64,000 nucleotides of DNA from Magallana gigas (lineage: Eukaryota): positions 8,804,001-8,868,000 of the forward strand of contig NC_088857.1 of the NCBI RefSeq assembly GCF_963853765.1, in the 5' to 3' direction. The position numbers and the translations under genes were made by a program. Every line of letters starts with the position of its first letter. Positions within the stretch are counted from its first letter, which is position 1. This document shows positions 22,301-36,400 of this stretch, piece after piece. The notes below the pieces were generated by a model. It saw nothing but the letters and a program-made list of their open reading frames with translations, was not told the origin of the DNA and made no database searches.

Positions 22301-25300
22301 GTCAACATATTCCAAGTATTGAAATTGTTTATAGGTTAGAAATCAATGATATGTAAAATGTATATTGTTTTAAATGATTTTTTAAAAAATATCAGATTTA
22401 TTGATATTTTAATTTTTCGGTAGCTTGTCCGACCGTGTATGGTCATTTTACACGCTTTATCCACACATTTTCTTTGTGTTAAACTGTTAAAAGAGCACTA
22501 AAGAATAAAAATACACAATTTTCAACTTGAAATTCTAATTAAACTTAGAATTCTAATTGCCATCATGATAATTAACCATCAAATTACATTTGAATCACAC
22601 AGAAACCAAATTAATGGTACAAAGGAGGAGTTCTCGGATTTTAAAAAGTTCTTGACCATTGTTGAGAATCGTGTTTTTTAGGGTAAATTTTAGGATTCTC
22701 ATAATATTTTCATGTCATGTATAAATAGATTCCAAGGTAAACAAAAATGCAAAAAAGGCAGAAAACCTGAAAATCCAGTTAAACAACATTTACAGTACAC
22801 GATCAGACTTTAAGATCGGAAGAAAAAATAGAATATAAAAGACTGCATGTTAATTTACAAGTTGCACCGACCTGACACTGCAACACAACAACCTAATTGA
22901 GACAATCACCAACACAATAGAAATATACATAACACGTGTGCATGTAATTAACTAAATATGACTTATCAGCAGTTACATGCAATTTGAAATGAAGGTCAAG
23001 TTATTTTTTGGAAAAGTTTCGGTGCAATCTTTGTTTGATCTCATTGACTTGAATAGATAAAACAAAATAAAATAACAAATTTTATTTGTCATGAAAAAAC
23101 ATATTTTAAAAATCTTGGATATTCTTAAGACTAAAACAAAATAGAAACTATTTCGCCTTTTTTTTTCATTTATCATTTTTATTCTCTAACCCATAAATCA
23201 TTTTGCTTTAAAAAACCTATATATGACAAGTTGGGTTTTTTTCAAATTTGACCTGAACAAACACGTATAAAATACATGAACCGAAGTTTAACTACAATGT
23301 ACATTTCTTAAGATAAAATCATGCACTTTAAACTGTTGTCCTTCCTTGATATATTATATTGTTTTGTTTTTTCGGGAATCGGTTCAAACCATTTGTATGT
23401 ACTAAATGCATTGTCTGTTGATTTTTAACTTCTATTTAATAGCATTTTGTGGATTAAAAGCATATATAAGGTCAGCAGACCAATTGGAAATTGTCTTCAA
23501 TGTGGCCCACTCATGTTTATCATGTTAGTATATATGTTAGTAAACTATATCTGTACATTTTAAAAGGTCTAATATATATGTTCCCCTCTTTCTGAGTCAC
23601 CCATTGAAATTCCTTAAGACGCATTTATTCTGTCTTATTTAAACATATAAAATACTTTATCATCACAAAACAAATTATAATGTGAATTTCCCATGCATCA
23701 TCTTAGAACACTTTACTGAAAAATATTAGTTATAGTCAATGCGTAAATTTTCGTATTATCTACAATTTATATGACAATTTATTCAAAGCCAATTTGTACT
23801 GGTCATGTTATTGTCGCCCAATGGACGGCACCTGTTAATGTCCAAACCACGTAGAAAAGGCCAAGGACACCAATACTTATATTTTATCAATAGGATAATT
23901 CACTTCCCTATTTCCTGAGTGTCCTTTTTCTTGTATAAATAATAGCATTTGAATAATTTGCATCATATATGACGGTTTTGTACATACGTACATTCTAAAG
24001 TGTAATGTAAATTTCAGCTGCGGTTCCATGTTATTTGCAAAGCGATTGTCAGAAAAGGTTCGGTTTTCTTTTATTCATCGTTTATTAGCATTAAATGATA
24101 TGTAGTTTGCGTTTGTTGTGTGTCTTTTTATAATACTTTTACATTAATTATCTTTCTATTACCATCCTCTTATAAAACTAAATTAGACGTCTACAAACAG
24201 AAATTGAATGGCTGCGTAGAAAGTTTAATGCAAGTTTAAGTATTATACTTTGACAAAAAAAACCCACTTGAATGTATCCAAATCAAGAAAAATATCAATA
24301 AAAAGAATAAGATTTTCATTGGAGATGTTATATTGAAAACTGGCAACAGAATAAAATTCTAATAATAGATCTAGACAAGGGAAGAACGACACGTAAACAC
24401 GTACTAAAATGTTTTCGAAGAAGTGTGAAATTGTTAATGAAGAATTTGGAAAAGCAAATTCACCAAGTGCCCTACGAAAGGTCTTGTACATAATCCATCA
24501 ATACAGTGTCAATTACATTTATTTGACAGGACAATTTAGATTGATGCGCATATTTGAGGTATGCAATGAATCTCTGTAATCACGACTGAAGTTTTATAAT
24601 AGTGTTATTACAGGCTGTATTATTTATAAAGCAATATGAGTTCTTTTAAATTTTATTTTGCTGAAAAAAATCCCTGCTAGTATTGGAAATTTGGATGTAA
24701 CTTAAACTTTCATGATAAATATGATTTTAAAAAATCATGAATTTTTGTCAGATGAAAGATTTCTCTATTAAGGAATATATAGCAGATCAATATTTGTACA
24801 GGACGAGAATAATTCGGTTTTGCTCCAATTAAGGCTTCTTAATGGCTTTTCCCACAGAAATTAAGTAACAGAAATTTTTAATTATGACATCTTCTGTCAT
24901 TTTAGTAGTAAATACCATTTTCTTGAAAAACAAATCAACAATTGCAACTAACATTGTTTTAAATGAACTGTAATATTGCTGCAGTAAACATGAACAGTGA
25001 TAGACTCTCTGATGGATACCCTTTTAATGTGTTATAAAAACGATAAGCAGGAATAGTGTTCACCTTACATGTACCTATTATAGAACTGTTTCAGTTGGCG
25101 AAATGATGTAGTTTAATATTTTTCTTTCTTTTCCGCTCAATGAAAACAGACAACTGATCTTTTTATTGAATAGATAACCAAGTGAACATTTACTGACACC
25201 ATAAAAGCCCCGTTCATCAATTAAATTTATTCATATCTCTCATTGTCATAATTCTTATCATGACAACATGAATTCAACTAATTCAATTTTATCAAGTCAG

Positions 25301-25363
25301 TATTACGTGTAGTTTGTAATGCAGACTGTGTATTACCACAGGAACCTGAATTTCCATCAATCG

Positions 25364-25464
25364 GTCGCTCAGTAAGCTAAATATAAAAAAAAATTACCTC
25401 CTCTACATGTATATGCAATTTTTATATAGAGGAGGTAGAATTTTTATTTGGCTTATTGAGCGAC
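25364..25464. repeat. ~100-bp imperfect hairpin (MITE-like)
   Basis: gtcgctcagtaagctaaat...ttacctcctcta pairs with tagaggaggtag...atttggcttattgagcgac. Confidence 0.65.
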
Positions 25465-28236
25465 TACGTGATGTTATTGAACACGACAATTGTAGGCAAT
25501 GTGTCAATGTTAGATAATTGAAAAATAAGACACTTTGATTACTTTTATCAAAGGCAAAGTCGCGGGAAAAAAGTGTATTTTAAATAGTGTCTAATGTGGC
25601 TTTTAAAACAGAATATTGTCGTTGATCGTATGTGCTTTTTTGGTTTCATGAAGCATTCCAAGACTCTTTATATTAGAGGTCCTACCAAAATGGTGATATC
25701 AAGGTACTGTACATGTACATCAATGTTCATGACGACAATTCTACAAAATATAATGTAAGAAATTTAGTTTCTTGGTTACAATAATGAATGATGAACTATA
25801 TCCTGATAAAGAAATGGGTTCTCAATGTTAATCACAATTACCTTTTCAGTACTTAAAACAGGGATTTATATATTGTCATACTAGCCAGTACTGAAAAAGT
25901 AGATTGGAAGACCAACATACAAAGTGTCACTTTGTTATCACGGATATTTATTAATCATAAATACAATTTACGATACTTTGATTTAAATAAGAAAATAATA
26001 TAACAGTCTGTTGATTTGTGAAGACAAAAGTCAGCAATTTGAATGCAAATTGAAATTGTCATTTTAGAAAGATTGCTCTCTGTGTACCAGTTATTGTTGT
26101 TTTTTCTTTAGTGTTGATCATAAACTATAAAAGCTGTGTTTAACATTAAATCAAAATGATTTTTTAAAGAAACGATAGAGTTTCAAAAGTTCACATAAAT
26201 AAATGGACTATCTATTATCTATTGAAATATAATTTGAAGATGAAGACTTTAACTATCGATAAGTAGAGGTATAAACTGAGTTTAAAAGCTATTAATGTCC
26301 ATAGATTGTAGACCAACAAGGTAATTGAACTCTTTTTACTCTTATTAAGTTGTTTGACCGAAACCATGTAAATTCTCTTGTAATGTATAAATGATTTATT
26401 ATTTGAAATGTCAGCTTTGTTGTGTAATACATAGATTTATGAAATCTCTTTAATTCTGTATAATTATCAAACTAATATTCATTGAGAAAACTTAAAGTAC
26501 TACAAGAATCATTTAGAAAATATCATAAATTCTCTTAACATTAATCGGCTGCAATATGTATGTAGATTAATATCACGTTTCAAAACATGTGCATGTTAAC
26601 CTCACAACATCAGATAACATTTGATTTTATAACCGTTTCCTGGGTGTATTTCAGAGCAAATGGGAATTTTTATGAACATTTTCGTTAATTTCTATGTTTT
26701 TATAAATAAAACAATGAACATTTTCCCCATAATTGACTCAGATAAAACCGATGATAACAATTTAAATACCTAAAAAGTACAACAATTACATTCTTCGCAA
26801 TTGCTCCCATAACTCGTTCAGGAAAAGGTTCGGGTCCTTTTATGCAAGATAATGGCATGGAAAGTCTTCTGCTTAAAGTACTTTACAGTATCCCGTTTTC
26901 CACTGTTTTTGAACCTTAATGAGTAAAATCAAGGAGCTGTCCATTGGGATCAAAAAGTGAAACATTCTCAATGACTATAAAAGAAATAAGAAAAGTACAG
27001 ATATGTAACAAGTTATTGGTTTTTAATTATGTTAAAAATTAATATTTACAAAATCTATATGATTAATTAAATAGACATTTTATTTAGAAAATATATATGA
27101 TTAATTAAATTTATATAATAAAATAAGCTAGTATTCGCTACTTTTTACCAAAAATATGAAACATAAACGGTTGTTAGTTTTGTTAATAAGAAATGCTCTT
27201 ATTACATATATAGGTGTTAATATTCTGTATTTGACATTCAGCTGGGGTTTTTACAGGGGACAGAAGCACGTACCAAGAAAAAGATGGTGACCTACTAACT
27301 GTTTTGTAAGCTTAAAAAAAAAACATATAAAGAAGACAATGTCAAAAGTTACCAACAACGGTCATCTATCGAAAATTCTTTTTAAAATTGATGTTTTTTT
27401 TTTAATCAACGACATTCAAAATATTGCAAGCAAACATTTAAAACAATACAGTACTGCAAATGAGTAAAATATAAGGTTTTGCTTATAAAAAAATACACCA
27501 TGAATTCGAACATACCTAAAAACACGATAATGGACACAATAAATATTTAGCCGATGGACACCTCCTTTACTGAATGAGGATATAAAAACAAACGCCGTGC
27601 CGTCTGCAAAACGTAGATTAACCTATTCGAAATGGGTAACATTCGTCTATTATCAGGAATAGTAACATGGAAAATACATCATCTTTGGCTGCAAAGAATT
27701 CAATGATAATGTATTGCCGACTACTAAAAATTGAAGCGTGTAGTTTTTTGCAATAAGATGTTGAGACAAACACTTCTGCACTGATTCCTTCTTTGGTGAG
27801 ACAACAGGAAGTTATTTTTATTGTGCTATGCTATCTAATTTAGAATAGATGACATTCATGTGTTAGAAATACACGTAATACTCAAATAAACGTTGCACTT
27901 ATAATTACATTACATGTTTTGTGCATAGCTTGTATCTTATTAAGAAGACTTATAAAATGTCTTATACAATGTCTTCTGCCTAATCCTGCTATGTTTATTG
28001 ACATCATAAAATTTGTTTAAATCAAGAGACAATTGTAATGTTTATTTGTAAGATGCATACATTGTTAAAAAGCTGTAAAATTAATACAAAATATTATAGA
28101 ACCTTCAACAGCACCACATAAAAGAACAGCACGGACATCAACAAAGTAGACTGTATATTATCTCGGGCATGGAAATGCCCACTCCATCGTGGACATAAGC
28201 AGCCAGTATTCTCAGTACAGAAGGGTTGTTCTTTCC

Positions 28237-28271
<35 letters not shown>
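28237..28271. repeat. (CAT)n microsatellite, ~11 units
   Basis: Direct reading. Confidence 0.95.
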
Positions 28272-30272
28272 ATCTCAAATCGTTCTCAAATTATTTCCAA
28301 CTATGCATTTACCTTGTAAGTAGATGACACAACAATCTAAAGCATCTGCTTGATCTGCATTTCATCTGGTTATGAAGGATAAGGTCAAAGAAAAGTATTC
28401 GTGCTGAATGTATACAATTTAAAATAGGATTTTATTTCGCTGAGTAAGACATATTATGATTCCTTAATGTTTCAAATAACGACAAAAAAACCCTTTTATT
28501 CCAGAAACAGCATATGTATTGCATATCGTGGATATTAAAGCTTGGGTACTTATATAATTATGTTAAGATGTCTTAAACGTGTTAATTAATTATGGTACAC
28601 TGGTATCCAAGGGCATGTTTCGAGAAATACAATCCAGTTTTATTCGTAATGATGTGAAAGTCTTTTAATGCTTTCAAATGGATTATGGAATTTTAATTCT
28701 TGAAAAAACATGTCTTATCATTTGTACATAAACATCACCATAAGTCTGTTTTAACACGCACTGTCAAACTCGCTCACACGGAGGGCCACATGACTTCAAT
28801 GTAAGCGAATGAAATGGCTTGACATGCATTGAAATTGTCACATTAAATGATCTAAAGTACGATGGCATGCTCTTCTGGAATTTTTTAACTTAATAAGTAT
28901 ACATACAGAGTAATTATACACTTAAAGGAAAAGAAACAAATCTCAATTTATCTCTCTCTCTCTCTGACCTTCGTCGATTCTTTCTAATTTTTAACATTAT
29001 AGATTCTGGTATTTTCATTCAACAAATGTATTCAGTCATATACAAATTTTATAAGCCCTATTTGCTGTTGTTGTACAGAACATGTATATTGAAAAATGCC
29101 ATGTTTCTGAATTTCATTGGTGTTTTAAAATATGTTCAAATCTAGAAAATAAAATCGAGCACAAAGTAAAAAAATATGAAAAATCAAATTAAAACTTAGT
29201 CTATTCATTTCATTCAATAAAAGCAGTAGATAATAGTTTTGATATTAAATCTTGCACTGAAAAATATGTCTTTATCAGCCTTATACCGCATTTTAAATAA
29301 ATTAGAGCAGATATGTCGTAGCATGTCCCTTTGTTCAAAGTTCAATCAGAATAAAGCTATTTAGTAAAGACATGACACTTTTAGAGCGACGTCATTTGAA
29401 TCTAACCATGTTAATAAGCTATATCCATTTGTCGTCAATGTCTAAAAATCATAAAACCAATGTCTCTCATTTGTCTTAAGATATGAGAGGGAAAATTGAA
29501 TGATTATTTTAAACATTCAAGCCGCCATAAGCTATATCTATCGAATTTACACTTTCTATTTATGTCACAACTGGTGCCGAGTTCTTAAAGAACCATTCCT
29601 AGTATATGCCAGTAGGCAATATTCTAAAAATTGTTCATTTTCAAAGTTTAAAAAGAAATCAAATAATTCTTTGATAAACAGTAGGTTAATATGCAAAAAC
29701 ATATTTCTTGGGTTAATTTTTTCACACAAAACACATGATGTATCAATTTTTCAGAAGTGCCTCCACTTTTCATAGAATATGCATATCTAGATAAGAGTTA
29801 AGAGTTAAGTATATATTTATTTGCAATATGTTGATTTAAAAAGGATTGATGTACATGCATAACAACGTACATGTATCACTACTAATTGCATTCACAGTGT
29901 GGCTGCAGTATCTCACTGTTTCGTGAATGAATCATTTTATTTTCAATCGTTCACAATTTATTGTCCTTTTGTTTATTTCTTTCGATTTGCTCTGCGCTTT
30001 GTTAACTTTCCATTTATCCATCACAGAAAAAAATAGCACAGGCCATGACAGCCATATTTTACAAAGATCTTAATTTCTTTTCTGGAGACGGCGTTAGGCA
30101 TGTTATGTCTACATTTTTTTTTTTTATAATTAATAGTATAACACTCTAAATCCGGTAATGTTTTAAAAGAAAACGGCTGGTAAAATACTTTTTTTGCATG
30201 TTAATAAATTTTGTTGAAACGTTGATGTAGAAAAAATATGTAGAAGAATGTAGAAGAATGCTACTATATATA

Positions 30273-30446
30273 CAGTTGAACTACAGTATCTCGAACATTG
30301 ATATCTCGAATACAATGGATGAGTCGAAATGATTTGTAAGTCCAAACCCCTTATTTTTACAGTATCTTACCCTCAATATCTCGAAACTCAAACATTTCAA
30401 AGTGTTTTAACAGTCCAATCTAGTTCGTGATAATGAAGTTTGACTG
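30273..30446. mobile_element. Tc1/mariner-type (pogo/Tigger-like) MITE, 174 bp
   Basis: TA at 30271-30272 and 30447-30448. TIRs CAGTTGAACTACAGTATCTCGAAC vs revcomp CAGTCAAACTTCATTATCACGAAC (19/24). Confidence 0.8.
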
Positions 30447-33400
30447 TATATTGATAAGTCCTACTTGAAAAATAGATACATAAGTATCACTAACAAAATT
30501 ACTCCTTAGACAACCAAGTGACTTTTATTAAAGCTTGTTTTTATGTAAAAAGATGGCATCATCAATAATGTTACCGAATTTAGTAAAAATATTGATCAGA
30601 GAGGAAACGCTATATACGTTGATAAGAATGGTACACCCTTGCCTTGTATACCTTGTTTAATATTGCTCATGCATTTTCTGTATGATGTATGCAATATCAG
30701 GAAAAAAAGAATAAAATTGAAGATTAATAGAATTTTTAAGAATAAAAATTGGCATCACAACATTCACGAGCTTTGACCAATTTAAACAGAAAGGAGGAAA
30801 TGAGGAATAAATAATGAGACAATGGGCTATATTTTTCTTTACATACAGGTACATATTATCGAGTTCTTAAAGCTCTTTATGTCATAAAGTGAATTCTGCG
30901 TGAACCCCCTCAAATATCCAACGAACAATGATAATTATTGAAGACAATTCAAAACATGTAGGCAAGTGACGGCTCAGTACGAAAGCATCGATCATCGTCT
31001 TTGATCACAGCAATTTCTTTTTTCTTTTATTCAGTGTTTGTTTATGCATATTATTGTGATTTTGTTTTTCGATCCAGTGAAAGAGTATTTTATTTAAGGC
31101 ACCTGCAAACGTACGAAAACAATTAAAACATGGGGGGACGGTATTTGAGAGTGTTTATATCTTTTACGAATAAATTCTTTCTATAAGCTTTCAGGCGAGA
31201 GAAAGATATATTATAACATGGAAATTTTACGAACATAATACTAATTATACATTCCATAACCAAATATTATTTGTAATAATTTGTTTTGGGGCTAGACAAA
31301 GATATTTATGTTAGCGGATACTAGTAAATTGAATCTGTAATTCGTGACCGCCTCCAGCTTTGAAATCAACATCATTAAATTAATTATTCTATTGGTTACT
31401 AGCTTGGAAAATGTCTTTGAAATTATTTTAAAGAATCAAGGTTTATTCCATAACCATTAATCAGTTTCTTTTTTTCTCCGCCCTAATGAGTCGCGAGTTA
31501 TAAGTATTTAGCAGCTGGTCCAAGGGTTAACGACTCGACACATTTGTTTCACGGGCTATCGAGAACACGCGGGCATTTCGGGATTAATATTGAGTGCTGT
31601 TTTGTTTTTTACTTCATACCTTCTACAACTTTTAGTTATGCTTTGAGATCATGCTCTGTCGCTCATAGAGGAAAACAACAATCTTTGACACAGAGGTAAG
31701 TTTTCATTTTTACATTATCATCCCCCCCCCCCCCCCCCCATTCGTCGTGTTTCATGAAAAATAAAATTTCAAAGACCAATGATGAGTACGTATTTCTGGA
31801 AAAGTTATATTCGTTCAGTTCGTTTGATAATAATTTTGAGTGTCCCCTATTCTGCTCGTGGGGGTTTTTCTTGACATAAAACACTAAACAAACATTTTTA
31901 TTGGGATGAAACAACGGCATAGGAAAACAACAAGAAGACATTGTGTTACGAGAAAAAGATTCAGATAATGGTGCAAAGACATGTTACCCTTTTTATGCTT
32001 CTCTGCAATAAAAGTTGGACTGGATCGGCTGATACGAAGCCCCTCATCGTCTATATATGACTTGTTCTTGAAACAATGACCACCTAAAATACACCTGGAG
32101 CAGATCAGTCTACTCCCTGATCAGACAAATATAAAGATAGATTTCCTCTTCGTGTTTTCATTGACTATTACTTGTTTTTTATCTATGCGAAAAATTCCCA
32201 GTGGGCTTATGAAGAGTGTGGGCTGAATTTGAAAGATTTAGTGCAGAAATTCAGTTGACCTTACAGGTATCCGTAAAATGATCATAATCTCAGGCTTAAA
32301 AGCCAAGAATTTATTATTTTACTGTGCAGTGAAAAATATAGTGCAACGTGTCAATCATAACGGATACCGAACAAGTAAATTTGTTGTCTTTAAGAACACA
32401 TTAATGACAATATATTCCCCGAATATTTCTCGGTTGGTGGGCGTAAACAGTCAACAGTACAAACATATATACCAAAGCTCGTCTCAATACTTAACGACCA
32501 AAAAACAGAGATCTATCGCCTTTGAAAAGTTTTGTTCTGGTCGATAGAAAAAAAATAACACGGTCATGGAGCAAATCCTATTCTCTAAAGAAGGAAGGAT
32601 AAACAAATTCATTCACTAGTATGTTTTTACTCTTCAAAAAATAAAATCAATTCAAATGACTTCCTTTCTAGCCAAAGAAATTTTCAAAAATATGACATTG
32701 TAACTATTTCAAAAACTGACGAATGCGAAATCAGCTTTCATGATACTGATATTCTGGATTGTCCTTGTTGCTCTTTGAATTGAATGACAAGCCCTCTGGG
32801 CACTTTTTGGTGTTAAACATATAAAAAGTGTTAATAACCGTGAAAACACCTGTAATTGGAAAGACACATAATAGTACTTTGCTTATGTTTATCTCCAAAT
32901 ACAACATATCCTAATTAAAAGCGACGATGTACAAGAATATTTGACATGTCTCGGGGAAGTGAAAACACAGAAAATGTGTTGAAATTACAATTAGCATGTG
33001 CTATTTAATTGGAGCACAAACATATCAATTTTATTATTACATAAGGACCGCTGGTTTATATAAATAGGGCTTTTGCTGATTAGTAGAATTGTGTGCTTCC
33101 GGGATACATCTGATAACTTTTAATTAATTTAAAACCACAAAACTTCTGAGCTATACATAAATATTTATTATCAGGTATTAGAATATTTGAGTGTACAAAG
33201 AACATTTTTATCAGCTTCATAATTGAGAAGTAAAATGGCACACATTTGTCTTCAATGTCAAACAATTGATGGTACCTTCTATGCTCAACGTTTTTCCAAA
33301 ACGTTGTGTCCATGTTTTAATTGTTATGATTTTTACATTTAAAATCTAAAGGACATATTAAAATTAATAAATAACTATAACATATATTTTAAAGAAAGCA

Positions 33401-36400
33401 GTATTTGGTTTGATGCTATTTTGATCTGAACAGTCTGCTTTTGTTATTCTCAGTACTTCCTATCAATAAGTAACTACCAGTGCGGTGTATATCACTCCAC
33501 ATAACTGACACTATATAGGGCAGCCGATGATTGATCGATCTATCCACGTCAACAAAAGAGGGCAATTATTGTTCAAAAATTATTGTTGTGATATTTTTAC
33601 ATTTCTTTCTTTCTATCTATCATTCTTTCTTTCTATCCTTCCTTCCTTTTTCTCTATTTTGAAACATCATCAAACCTATCCCCTCCACCCCCCCCCCAAA
33701 AAAAAAAGATGATTAAAATGTCTAAATCTTTTGATAAGTCTTAACAAAAGAAAAGAAATTCTCATTGGTTTAGACTTGACTCCTGTTTTTGTTCCAGTTA
33801 GATATTCTGACTTACTTCGACAAGAAACAAATGGCTACCTGTCAAAACCAAAACAGTCAAAAAAGAAACTTGCACAATTTGTTCTTCCCTTTTTTTGTAC
33901 AACGATTTCTGATAAGTATAACATATATTTATGTGTGACATTTCAAAGATAATCCTGCATGAATTTTATTTGTCTCTATCCATTTTACAAAAGTTTTATA
34001 AATTAAATTACCATACTTTTATACTTAAACTGCCTTTGACTTGTCGAATAAACTTTAATATATGCTTCGTGGATTAAGTTTATCATAAATAACAGTCAGG
34101 GAAATTTCATTAAAATCTTTTATTCATCACCGACCGCCATTACAATATCTTAATTGTCCAAATAGACATTTATTTTCTTTTAAACAAGACGTTTCTGTAT
34201 ATTAGAGCGATTCAGGTCATTTAAGATGTTCTTCTCACATAACATTCACGTTGCGAAAGGTACTGCGTTTAACAGCATTTCAATTTTCATAGACAATACC
34301 ATACATGCTTACTTTTGTTATTTTGTCTAACAATCTTTAAATGAGAGAATTTATGGTAACCTATCATAATTAAGATTAAGAAAAGTTACTACCCAAAGAT
34401 ATATTGAATATAACAGTTTTTTTCATCCAATTAACTGCAAATGCAGTGTAAGTATAAATCCTTAAGTTTGTATTGCATGTATGTAATAAAGTATTACAAC
34501 AGCCTTTGCCTCTAGAAAGTGTACACCTTTCAAATGTCCATGTATCATTTCGGTGACCTATTTAGCAGTTCTAAAACATTAATTCTAATTTTCATTTTTT
34601 ATATAAATTCTCTGTTCCCATCCATTTATCTGAAATACCGTTTAAAACATATATTGTAAGCGTTTTAAAAACACATTCAGTGTAAATACAATTACATAAC
34701 AAATTTAACAGTCAAACATTATAATGATTTGTCAATTATGACCTGAAATTTTTTTCTTGTACAGTGTATTTGGATTTCACACACACTCCGAATTGAATCT
34801 TTTTCCTCAGTCAAATGGTGAGGAAAGAATTATAGTAACATCTATAAATATAGATATTTTGCAAATACATCAAGTAATCATCATATATCATAACAATCGC
34901 ATCATAACACCTCACTACAATGTCACTCAGAGGGGACGATAGTTGGTATTTAGTGAGTCCGGCTGAATTATCGCCTTCAAAATAGAACTGAATACAAATC
35001 GAAGAATCTTGTGTCACCGAGAAAAATACGACTCGTAGACACCGTGAATGACTTAATTTTCCCTTGCAATGTTTCGTTTCCACAACAACAAATATACAAA
35101 GAGAACAACAACAGCAAATAAATAAAAACAACCAATCAATATATTTAAACATTTGAAGTACTGATTCGAATCTTTTATAAACATTTTGAGTGTATTTGTT
35201 TAAAAGATACAGTGTATGGTATATATCAATTTCAGTTGTATTAAACTTCAACCAATTTACAAATGCTGAAACGTACGGTTTCTGCTTTCATGTCATTTTG
35301 CCAACATTAATTTGCGCTTCTCTACAAGCCAATCCTATATTCTCGGAATGCTTTACTTGCTGAATGTAATTTAATGAATTTAATTCATAAATATATATGA
35401 GTAGATTGGACGAACGCGTCTTCATCAAAACACCAACAGGGTCCGCAGAATCAACATAACAAAACATTAGTGTCAACTCAAAACTGTAAATAACAATTAA
35501 AATTTAAACAACGATAAACAACATACAGTATTTCCCTCCGATATTCTCATCACCGTATTGCAACCGTGTAAGATATATAAGTAATCATAAGAAGTTTAAA
35601 ATTAAATTCTTGATGGTTTTCCATGCTGACCATACAATTGTGCAATATCAGAGATGATAAATGATGACGTCATCAATGTCCATAAGATTCACATCATGCA
35701 CATTTAACTTGCCGAAAAAATTCCATTTGCTGACTGCTTTTCATTCTCATTAACGAAATTAATAAAATCTGATTCGTGCAGTTTGCGGTCATAAAGCAAA
35801 GCTCAAAGCTGTCTTCAAAGACATTTTCTTCTACCTGAGTTACATCACACAAACCACGTTTTAGCACATGCGCTGTATGTGTCAGATGAAAAAAATTAAA
35901 TCTTTAAAGATGACTCAACTGCAAAAAAGAAGAAAATAACCTAATCTAATTTTCATTTTTTATTAATTTTTCACAAGTTTTTTTTATTTCATTTGATTGA
36001 TTTATTTGCGCTAGAATCCGCGGAGACGCATATCAATTAAAATCAATTAACTTGACAATTTTATTTATGATTCTTTCGACATTGTATATAAATCAAACAG
36101 TTTTATATCTACATCAGGCGCATAGTTGTTACAGTGTTATAATAACAGCCTTATGCATACTCTGACACAACAACATATTACTGAAAACATAAGAAAACCT
36201 TGATATAGAAGCGCAAGTTCCGTCATCCCTTGATAATTTGTCTTGTAGTTTGAATCTGCTGTTTCACTCGCCGATTGTCTTATGAATTGTAATAGGTATA
36301 ACGTAGGCCCTGTCTGATTAATAAAACCCCGGGCGGCCCATCGCGGCTCATCAGATCTCGCGCTCCCTCCGCTTGTCGCATTGCTTTAGGTGTTTGCCCT

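Noticed and set aside
34811-35251. 146-aa minus-strand ORF
   Set aside because: No recognisable motif, composition like AT-rich non-coding DNA, and no convincing partner exons.
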